The notes under the pieces were generated by a model. It worked only from the letters and a program-made list of their open reading frames with translations. It was not told the DNA's origin and searched no databases. DNA of 32,000 nucleotides, taken from assembly GCA_050748045.1 (NCBI GenBank), contig JBOGIW010000125.1, positions 1,453 through 33,452 of the forward strand, in the 5' to 3' direction. The translations under genes were made by a program, and so were the position numbers. Positions 1-7,380 of the stretch are shown here, piece by piece; within the stretch, counting starts at the first letter, position 1; each line of letters starts with the position of its first letter. This DNA is from Vicinamibacterales bacterium (lineage in GTDB: Bacteria; Acidobacteriota; Vicinamibacteria; Vicinamibacterales; UBA2999).

Positions 1-254
1 TCGGCCCGGTCTTTCACGCTCTCGGACTGGCAATTCGGCTTGTTCCAGACCAGATCCGCCCGCAGGCTTCGGCGCTCGCCAAGACTGGACCACTTCTGCT
101 CACCAGAGGTGACCCAGTAGCCTCGCTTCGCAGCGCCCTCACGCAATCCCGATCTCAGATCGTGATCGCAAATCATGATCGCAAGAGTGCCGCGAATGAC
201 GGCTTTGCCAAGCATGACACGCGGATTCACCTCGATTCGTTCCGTGAAGGTCAC
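1..254 (-). pseudogene. Possible truncated DUF433-like (antitoxin-type) reading frame running off the left edge
   Basis: Minus-strand translation from a GTG at 254: VTFTERIEVNPRVMLGKAVIRGTLAIMICDHDLRSGL... The 'RIEVNPRVMLGKAVIRGT' part resembles the DUF433 N-terminus (RI.idP.vchGKPvIRGT); the remainder does not. Confidence 0.3.
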
Positions 255-334
255 GCCAACCCTCCCCGTCTGCGCTCCACGGTCCGCCAAGGTATGCTGC
301 CGCCGGGCCTGTCAAGTCAAGGTCGGGGACCGGA

Positions 335-400
335 GTGCGGACCGCCGATCGCGGATCGCGGATCGCGGAGAGCGGATCGCCGACCGCGGATCGCGAGATC
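335..400. repeat. Heptamer-type repeat cluster (GCGGATC variants)
   Basis: Sequence reads ...ccgatcgcggatcgcggatcgcggagagcggatcgccgaccgcggatcgcgagatc, directly abutting the stop codon of the sulfatase-like gene. Confidence 0.75.
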
Positions 401-2094
401 TACCGCCGTGTCAGACGGGCGAGGAGGTCGGAGGCCGCCGCGAACGTCGGATCGATCCGCAGCGCCGCCCTGAGCTGCTCGGCGGCTTCTATCGGCTGGC
501 CGATCGCGCTGTGGGCGCGCGCCAGGATGAACCTGGCGTCGGCGGCCCACTCGTCGGCCTTGACGACCGGCTGAAGCACGGCCACCGCGCCTCGAGGATC
601 CTTCGCCGCCAGCAGCGCCGCCGCGAGCCGCTCGGCGATCACCCGGTGGCGCAGGCCGCCGGCGCGAGCGTCGCCGAGGAGCGCCACGGCCTCCTTCGGC
701 CGTCCACGCGCGATGAGCAAGGCGCCCGTGGCATCGATGGCGGCGGTAAAGTCGGGCCGCTGCTGCACGATCAGCTGGAGCTGACGGATCGCGGCCTCGG
801 GATCGCCGCCCGCCGTTTCGAGCGCGCCCTCGTACGCCAGGTGCAGCGGCAGCAGGCGCTTCGGATCGTCCTCGACGCGCGACGCGCCGAGACGCCACGA
901 CGCGGAGCCGACGTACCCGAGCGAGCGAAGCCGGGCCCGCGCCTCGGGCTCGGCGAGTGAGCCGGCCCCATCCGCCCGGAAAGAGGCCGTGCGGCTGCTG
1001 ACGGTCAGGTCACGCAGCCGCGTCGCCAGGCCGGGTTCCGCCGCCACGCGGTTGGTCTGCTCGCCTGGATCGGAGACGACGTCGTACAGCTCCGGCACCG
1101 GCAGATCGATGAACTTCCACTGGCCGGAGACGACGCCCGTCAGCGGCGCGCCGCCGCGCATCAGCGCCGCGTCGAGCGCCTCGACATAGACGGGATGCTC
1201 GGGCATCTCCTCGCCCCGCAACGCGGGCACGCGCGACCGGCCGTCGGACCGGGGACCGATCACACCGGCAAGATCCAGGATCGTGGGCATCACGTCGGCG
1301 TGCGAGGTCACCGGCGTGCGCACGACGCGTAATGGCACACCGGGTCCCGCGACGACCAGCGGCACCCGCATCACGCCTTCGTAGGCGAAGAGGCCGTGCG
1401 TCCGCTCGCCATGTTCCCCCAGGCTCTCCCCGTGATCCGCCGTCACGATGACGAGCGTGCGATCGACAGTGTCCTGTCCGAGCGAGGCGAGAAAGGCGCC
1501 GAGCGATGTGTCAGCCGACCTGACCGCGCTGTCGTACGACACGTACGGCGCGTGCGGATCGCGCAAGTGGGCCCAGGCGAACCAGGGCGCCGGCTGCGTC
1601 GCAATCCACGCCGCCGCCGCGGCGAGCACAGCCGGCGACGGTCGCGCCCCCTGGCGGAAGGCACTCGACACGGAGGGACCTTGCAGCACGTCGTACCGAT
1701 CGTCGTACTCGTGAAACCCCTGCGCCAGCCCGAAGCGCGCATCGAGGGCGGAGCCTCCCACGAAGGCGCCCGTCCGGTAGCCGGCGTCGGCGAACGCCTC
1801 GGCCAGCGTGACGACGCCCTCGTCCAGGCGGAAGCCGTTGTTGCGAACGCCATGCGCCGGCGGCAGGAGTCCCGTGAGGATCGACGCGTGCGAGGGGAGT
1901 GTCAGCGGCGCGTGCGCGTACGTGCGCGCGAACGCGGCGCCCCTCCGCGCCAGCGCGACGAGTCCGGGCGTGAGCCTGTCGGTGACCCGGTCGGCCCTGA
2001 GGGCATCCACCGTCACGAGCAGCACGTTCGGTCGAACGCGTTCCTGCGCCGACAGCGCGAGGGCAAGCGCCACGACGACCCATGCGCGCACCAC
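400..2094 (-). CDS. Secreted sulfatase/alkaline-phosphatase-superfamily protein with C-terminal TPR repeats
   Basis: 564 aa. Signal-like N-terminus, RPNVLLVTVDALRADR, LTLPSHASILTG, VIVTADHGESLGEHGE, then TPR-like helices (AAIRQLQLIVQQRPDF...ARFILARAHSAIGQPIEAAEQLRAALRIDP). Confidence 0.88.
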   Translation of the reverse strand: MVRAWVVVALALALSAQERVRPNVLLVTVDALRADRVTDRLTPGLVALARRGAAFARTYAHAPLTLPSHASILTGLLPPAHGVRNNGFRLDEGVVTLAEAFADAGYRTGAFVGGSALDARFGLAQGFHEYDDRYDVLQGPSVSSAFRQGARPSPAVLAAAAAWIATQPAPWFAWAHLRDPHAPYVSYDSAVRSADTSLGAFLASLGQDTVDRTLVIVTADHGESLGEHGERTHGLFAYEGVMRVPLVVAGPGVPLRVVRTPVTSHADVMPTILDLAGVIGPRSDGRSRVPALRGEEMPEHPVYVEALDAALMRGGAPLTGVVSGQWKFIDLPVPELYDVVSDPGEQTNRVAAEPGLATRLRDLTVSSRTASFRADGAGSLAEPEARARLRSLGYVGSASWRLGASRVEDDPKRLLPLHLAYEGALETAGGDPEAAIRQLQLIVQQRPDFTAAIDATGALLIARGRPKEAVALLGDARAGGLRHRVIAERLAAALLAAKDPRGAVAVLQPVVKADEWAADARFILARAHSAIGQPIEAAEQLRAALRIDPTFAAASDLLARLTRR

Positions 2095-2107
2095 GGCGCC
2101 GATTCTA

Positions 2108-3631
2108 TCAGCCGCTCTTGTGCGCCGCGATCGGCTTCGGCGCGAGACGGCTCACGGCCGGCCCGTTCTTCACGGTCCCATCCGGCGCGAAGCGCGACCC
2201 GTGACACGGACAGTCCCAGGACTGCTCCGCCCGGTTCCACGCCACGTCGCACCCGAGGTGCGTGCAGATCGGCGACACGGCATGGAGCCCGTCGCGCTCG
2301 TCGCGGGAGACGGCGATCTTGCCACCCTCCCCCGCGAAGATGCCGCCGTCGCCGGGCCGCAGATCGTCGAGCGACTCCACGCCGGCGCTGGCGCTCGTCA
2401 ACCGATCCTTCGCGATGTGCACGGGAAACGACACGTTCTCCGTGACGTAGTCGTACGCCGACGCCAGCGGCGTCACGCGCGTCGCGTCGTAGAGGTCGGC
2501 GTACGCGCGTTTCCGCCCGCCCACGTAGTCGGCGAACATCATTCCCGCGAGCGTGCCGAAGGTCATGCCGTTGCCCGAGTAGCCGGTCGCCACGTACACG
2601 CGGCTCGAGCCGCTGTTCGGCCCGATGTACGGCAGGCCGTCGACCGGCTCGATAATCTGTCCCGACCAGCGGTACTTCACCGGCCCCCTGGGAAGGCGGG
2701 CGCGCGTGTAGGCGACGAGACTCTGGAAATGGCGCTCGGTCTCCGTCTCCTCGCCCGTCCTGTGGTCCTCGCCCCCGACGATGGCGTACGAGCGGCCGTC
2801 GACATCGTGCGGGCGGATGTAATGATAGGGATCGGCGGTGTCCCAGAACAGCCCGCGAAACGGCCGGGGTTCCACCTCGAGCGCGATGGCGTAGGACCGG
2901 TACGCGGCGATCTTGGTCTGCAGCAGCACGCGGTTGTTCACCGGCACGTTGGCTGCGACGAGCACGTGCCGCGCGTTCACGCGATGCCCGGCTGCCTCGA
3001 CGCGGCACGGCTCCCCCTCGTGCACGCCGGTCACCATCGTGCGCTCGAAGATCTCGACGCCGCGGCCGACGGCCGCCTGCGCCAGGCCGGCCAGGTACGC
3101 TGTCGCGTGCACCTGCGCCTGATCGTCCCAGCGCACGCCGCCTTTCGTCGCAAACGGCAGCGGCACCTCGTCCACCCACGTGACTGGACAGCCTGCCCGG
3201 CGTGCCGCGTCGAGCTCGTCGGCCAGGAACGTCACGTGCGCGGCCTCCTCGGTGTAGAGATAGCCGGGCGTCCGCTCGAAGCCCGCGCCGCGCGCCGACG
3301 CCGCGAGCCCGGCGAGCTGCGCGATCGCGTCGCGCTGCGACCGGGCCACGAGCCGCGCGGCGTCGAGGCCGAAGCGCGTGATGACGGTCTGGTATCGCGC
3401 GTCCACGGCTTCGGTCAGGTGGCTCGTGGTGTTGCCGGTCTCCCCGCTGCCGATGTGATCCTTTTCGAGGACGACGGCGCGCAGGCCGGCTCGGCTGATC
3501 AGGACGGCCGCGGTCAGCCCCGTGATGCCACCGCCGACGATGGCGACGTCAACGTCGAGGTCGCGCGTGAGGGGGGCGAGGTCAGGGGACGGATGCGTCG
3601 CGTGCCACAGCGATTCATGTTTCCAGGTCAT
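2108..3631 (-). CDS. FAD-dependent oxidoreductase (DAO/glycine oxidase type) with C-terminal Rieske [2Fe-2S] domain
   Basis: DVDVAIVGGGITGLTAAVLISRAGLRAVVLEK dinucleotide-binding motif; C-terminal CTHLGCDVAWNRAEQSWDCPCHGSRF Rieske motif. Start chosen at MTWKHESLWH rather than the longer ORF start. Confidence 0.88.
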   Translation of the reverse strand: MTWKHESLWHATHPSPDLAPLTRDLDVDVAIVGGGITGLTAAVLISRAGLRAVVLEKDHIGSGETGNTTSHLTEAVDARYQTVITRFGLDAARLVARSQRDAIAQLAGLAASARGAGFERTPGYLYTEEAAHVTFLADELDAARRAGCPVTWVDEVPLPFATKGGVRWDDQAQVHATAYLAGLAQAAVGRGVEIFERTMVTGVHEGEPCRVEAAGHRVNARHVLVAANVPVNNRVLLQTKIAAYRSYAIALEVEPRPFRGLFWDTADPYHYIRPHDVDGRSYAIVGGEDHRTGEETETERHFQSLVAYTRARLPRGPVKYRWSGQIIEPVDGLPYIGPNSGSSRVYVATGYSGNGMTFGTLAGMMFADYVGGRKRAYADLYDATRVTPLASAYDYVTENVSFPVHIAKDRLTSASAGVESLDDLRPGDGGIFAGEGGKIAVSRDERDGLHAVSPICTHLGCDVAWNRAEQSWDCPCHGSRFAPDGTVKNGPAVSRLAPKPIAAHKSG

Positions 3632-3660
3632 GGATGATCCGCGTTGCAGAAACCGCGCCC

Positions 3661-3806
3661 TTCGAGCTCGACGCGCGCGGAACAACCTCCGCCGACACGG
3701 ACCTTCCCATGACTGTTGCGCGGCACGCCCCAGGTACAAGCCCGGCCGTGAGCCTCCTGGCACGCTCATCCGCGAGTATCGGACGGACGTTCGCGGGGGA
3801 GAACGG
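3661..3806 (+). repeat. Diverged copy of the recA upstream leader/promoter region
   Basis: ttcgagctcgacgcgcgcgg..., and ATGACT-gttgcgcggcacgcccc-AGGTAC...gcggacggacgttcgcgggggagaacg, align with 6051-6080 and 6167-6266 upstream of recA. Confidence 0.75.
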
Positions 3807-3853
3807 CTGAATGCGATCGACGGCGGTTACTCGTCGCGTATGCCGCGCCCCGC

Positions 3854-5794
3854 CTACAAGGACCGGCGCATCAGCTCTGAGAGCGCCTGCCCGAACCGCA
3901 CCGCGTTGAACGGCTCCGACCCCTCGGCCAGGAGCGCGTATCCGAGGAGCAACTGCGCGCAGTCGTCCCACGGCAATCCCTCGGGGTCCTGTTCGGCCGC
4001 GAGCCGCTCGCATAAGCGCTGGATCAGGGGATGGCGAGGGTTGAGCTCGAGGATGCGGCGCTGCCGTGGTCCTCCCCCTTTGCCCTTGAGGAGCAGGCGC
4101 TCCATCCGAGGCGAGTACTCGTACTCCTCTCCGGTCAGGCAGGCCGGCGACGTCGTCAAGCGCGTCGAGGCGCGTACCGACTTCACGTGTGCCGTCAGCA
4201 GTTCCTGCAGCCGGGCGGCAAGCGCGGAGACGTCCGCGGCAGCCGGCTCCCCTTCATCCGCCGGCGCGCCGAGATCGAGCGCGCCCTGCCCGAGGGACTT
4301 GAGCCGCTTGCCGCCGAATTCGGGGAGCGCCTGCACCAGCAGATCGTCGACCGGCTCGGTCAAGTAGAGCACCTCGAACCCGCGGGCCCTGGCCGATTCC
4401 AGGTGCGGCGCGTGCTCGATGGCTTCCCGCGAGTCTCCCGAGAGGAAATAGATGTGCTGCTGGTCGGCCGGCATGCGCTCGACGTACGCCGCCAGGCTCG
4501 TCAACTCGGTGGCCTGGTGCGACGACTCGAACAGGAAGAGCGCCAGCAGCCGATCCTTGTTCTCGTGGTCCGGCCCCAGCCCTTCTTTCAGCACGCGGCC
4601 GAACTGCCGCCAGATTTTCAGGTAGGTCTCCGCATCCGTCTGCCGGACTTCGTCGAGCCGATCGAGCACCTTGCGTGTCAGCCACTTCTGGATCCGCTCG
4701 ATCTGCGAGCGCTCCTGCAGCATCTGCCGCGACACGTGCAACGGGAGGTCGAGCACGTCGAGGACGCCTCTCACGAATCGGAGGTACCGCGGAAGCACGT
4801 CGGCGCACTCATCGACGACGAGCACACGCTTGGCGTACAGCTGCAAGCCGTACGGGACGGCGTGATAGAAGAGGTCGTGGCCGGCTTCGGCGGGCACGAA
4901 CACGAGCGCCTGGCATTCGATGCGGCCTTCGGCGCGCGCCAGCAGGCGCAGGACGGGCGGATTCCAGTCGTGCGTGAGCTGTCGATAGCAGGCGTTGTAC
5001 TCCTCGTCGGAGACCTCGGCCGGCGGCTTCGACCACACGGGCTTCTGCGAATTGAGGACGCGGTCCTCGAGCACCACGGCCGTCGTGCTCGTGTCCGGCG
5101 AAGGAGGGCCGGCGAACATGGGCTCGTCGCGCGGAACACCGGCCAGCACGATCGGATAGGCGACGAAATCCGAGTATCGTCTGATGATGCGCGAGAGGAC
5201 CCACTGGTCGGTGTAGTCCTCGATGCCGGCGTCGTGGTCGACCGCCTTGAGCCGAAGGGTGATCGTGGTGCCCGGTTCGGCGCGTTCGGCCGCCCCGATC
5301 GTGTATTCGCCGTCGCCGCGCGACTCCCATCGCGTCGCCTGCTGTTCGCTCGCATGGCGGCTGACGAGCGAGACGTCCTCGGCGACCATGAACGCCGAAT
5401 AGAACCCGACGCCGAACCGGCCAATCAGCTCGGGCGCGCCACGCGTGTCGCCGCGCGCGATGCGCTCCAGGAGCTCCTTGGTCCCTGAGCGGGCGATCGT
5501 CCCGATGTTGGCCACCACATCGCTGCGGGTCATGCCGATCCCGTTGTCGGCAATCGTGAGCGTGCGCTCGGCCGTGTCCCGCTGCAGCACGACACGGGGC
5601 GTATACCCCTCGGCCATCAGCTCGGGGTGCAGCATCGCCTCGAAGCGCAGCCGGTCGAGCGCATCGGATGCGTTCGACACCAGCTCCCGCAGAAAAATCT
5701 CCTTCTGCGTGTAGAGCGAGTGAATCACCAGCCCCAGGAGCTCGCGGGTTTGCGCCTGGAATTCGAAGACCTCTGTGTCGGTCGTCACCGTCAT
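3854..5794 (-). CDS. htpG: Chaperone HtpG (Hsp90 family)
   Basis: TDTEVFEFQAQTRELLGLVIHSLYTQKEIFLRELVSNASDALDRLR, DNGIGM, GTIARSGTKE, GVGFYSAFMVA; full-length Hsp90 architecture. Start chosen at MTVTTDTEVF. Confidence 0.97.
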   Translation of the reverse strand: MTVTTDTEVFEFQAQTRELLGLVIHSLYTQKEIFLRELVSNASDALDRLRFEAMLHPELMAEGYTPRVVLQRDTAERTLTIADNGIGMTRSDVVANIGTIARSGTKELLERIARGDTRGAPELIGRFGVGFYSAFMVAEDVSLVSRHASEQQATRWESRGDGEYTIGAAERAEPGTTITLRLKAVDHDAGIEDYTDQWVLSRIIRRYSDFVAYPIVLAGVPRDEPMFAGPPSPDTSTTAVVLEDRVLNSQKPVWSKPPAEVSDEEYNACYRQLTHDWNPPVLRLLARAEGRIECQALVFVPAEAGHDLFYHAVPYGLQLYAKRVLVVDECADVLPRYLRFVRGVLDVLDLPLHVSRQMLQERSQIERIQKWLTRKVLDRLDEVRQTDAETYLKIWRQFGRVLKEGLGPDHENKDRLLALFLFESSHQATELTSLAAYVERMPADQQHIYFLSGDSREAIEHAPHLESARARGFEVLYLTEPVDDLLVQALPEFGGKRLKSLGQGALDLGAPADEGEPAAADVSALAARLQELLTAHVKSVRASTRLTTSPACLTGEEYEYSPRMERLLLKGKGGGPRQRRILELNPRHPLIQRLCERLAAEQDPEGLPWDDCAQLLLGYALLAEGSEPFNAVRFGQALSELMRRSL

Positions 5795-5967
5795 ACGCTC
5801 TCCTTGCCCTGACAGCAGACGGTCCGCTTTCGCGGCGAGCACGACGCCGCTCTCCGTGCGTCCGTTGGCTCGTCAACGTCCGGATCGCGTATTAGGGATT
5901 CTCATGTGAAGACAGCCCTTGTCAATCCGTTCACGGAAAGCCTGTGCAGCGGTGCTCGCTGACGTAC

Positions 5968-5991
5968 CATTGCGCCATTGCGCCATTGCGC
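5968..5991. repeat. Three tandem copies of CATTGCGC
   Basis: Sequence: cattgcgccattgcgccattgcgc, intergenic between htpG and recA. Confidence 0.8.
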
Positions 5992-6050
5992 AACTGGGGA
6001 CACGCGACTCTGCCTGAGCTGTCCGGGCCGGCGTGGGCGAAACGGCCGCC

Positions 6051-6266
6051 TTCGAGCTCGGCGCGCGCGGGAAAACCTCCCACGGAGGAGGTGAGGCGAA
6101 AGTCAGCCGGCACTGTAAGTCGTTGATTCAATTGGCGCGATGAGGTGTCAGCGCGCTGATTTTCGCTTGACTTTCGCGCGGCACGCCCCTAGTATCGACC
6201 CCGGCCGTGACCTCCCCTGTCACGCCCTTCCGCGAGCATAGGACGGACGGTCACGTGAGGAGAACG
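6051..6266 (+). repeat. recA leader copy of the duplicated intergenic block
   Basis: Same block as 3661-3806, with extra sequence in the middle (about 6081-6160). Confidence 0.7.
6167..6195 (+). promoter_or_regulatory. Sigma70-like promoter of recA
   Basis: TTGACT (6167-6172), 17-nt spacer, TAGTAT (6190-6195), on the + strand upstream of the recA ATG at 6268; gaggaga RBS just before the ATG. Confidence 0.72.
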
Positions 6267-6267
6267 C

Positions 6268-7299
6268 ATGCCGCTCGACGATCTGAAGGAACGCAACAAG
6301 GCCATTGACCTCGCGGTCGGACAAATCGAGAAGCAGTTCGGCAAGGGCTCGATCATGCGCCTCGGCCAGAAGAACGCGATTGCGCCGATCGACACGATTT
6401 CCACCGGGTCCATCAGCATCGACTACGCGCTCGGCGTCGGCGGCGTGCCTCGCGGGCGTGTGATCGAGATCTTCGGGCCGGAGTCGTCCGGCAAGACCAC
6501 GCTCGCCCTGCAGGTGATCGCCGAAGCGCAGAAGGCGGGCGGGATGGCGGCGTTCGTGGACGCCGAGCACGCGCTTGACGCCCAGTACGCGCAGAAGCTC
6601 GGCGTGGACCTCGACAACCTGCTCGTGTCACAGCCGGACAACGGCGAGCAGGCCATGGAGATCGTCGAAGTGCTGATCCGCTCCAACGGCGTCGACGTCG
6701 TGGTGGTCGATTCGGTGGCCGCGCTCGTGCCCAGGATGGAAATCGAAGGCGAGATGGGCGACCCGCAGATGGGTCTGCAGGCGCGTCTGATGTCGCAGGC
6801 TCTCCGCAAGCTCACCGGCGTCGTCTCGAAGTCGAAGACGACGCTCATCTTCATCAACCAGCTTCGCGAGAAGATTGGCGTGATGTTCGGCAACCCGGAA
6901 ACGACCACCGGCGGCCGCGCGCTGAAGTTCTACGCGTCGGTGCGCGTGGATATCCGGCGCATCGCGAGCATCAAGGACGGCGACCAGGTGATCGGCGGTC
7001 GCACGCGCGTCAAGGTCGTCAAGAACAAGGTGGCACCGCCGTTCCGCGAGGCCGAGTTCGACGTGATGTACGGCGAGGGCATCTCGCGCGAAGGGGACCT
7101 GCTCGACCTCGCCGTCGAGAAGCGGATCATCGAGAAGAGCGGCGCCTGGTTCGCCTACGGCGGCGAGCGCCTCGGCCAGGGCCGCGAGAACGTGAAGCAG
7201 TTTCTGAAGGACAACCCCGCCACCTTCAGGGCCATCGAAGACCGCGTGCGCCGCGAGCTGGGGCTCGTGCGCGACGTCGGCATTGCCGCAGTCGTGTAA
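6268..7299 (+). CDS. recA: Recombinase RecA
   Basis: 343 aa; [20 protein letters not shown] Walker [54 protein letters not shown]. Confidence 0.99.
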   Translation: MPLDDLKERNKAIDLAVGQIEKQFGKGSIMRLGQKNAIAPIDTISTGSISIDYALGVGGVPRGRVIEIFGPESSGKTTLALQVIAEAQKAGGMAAFVDAEHALDAQYAQKLGVDLDNLLVSQPDNGEQAMEIVEVLIRSNGVDVVVVDSVAALVPRMEIEGEMGDPQMGLQARLMSQALRKLTGVVSKSKTTLIFINQLREKIGVMFGNPETTTGGRALKFYASVRVDIRRIASIKDGDQVIGGRTRVKVVKNKVAPPFREAEFDVMYGEGISREGDLLDLAVEKRIIEKSGAWFAYGGERLGQGRENVKQFLKDNPATFRAIEDRVRRELGLVRDVGIAAVV

Positions 7300-7305
7300 G
7301 AGGCC

Positions 7306-7334
7306 GGGCGGCCGGCGGGCACCGCCTGCCGCCC
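7306..7334 (+). terminator. Strong hairpin downstream of recA
   Basis: GGGCGGC-c-GGCGG / gca / CCGCC-t-GCCGCCC: 12 base pairs with one internal mismatch, starting 7 nt after the recA stop; no clear U-tract. Confidence 0.55.
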
Positions 7335-7351
7335 ATTGCCTGACCGGTTAG

Positions 7352-7374
7352 AGGCCTCCACCGCCTGGAGGCCT
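7352..7374. terminator. Second hairpin between convergent recA and beta-helix gene
   Basis: AGGCCTCCA / ccgcc / TGGAGGCCT: perfect 9-bp stem; located just after the 3' end of the minus-strand CDS. Confidence 0.45.
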
Positions 7375-7380
7375 CCACCG

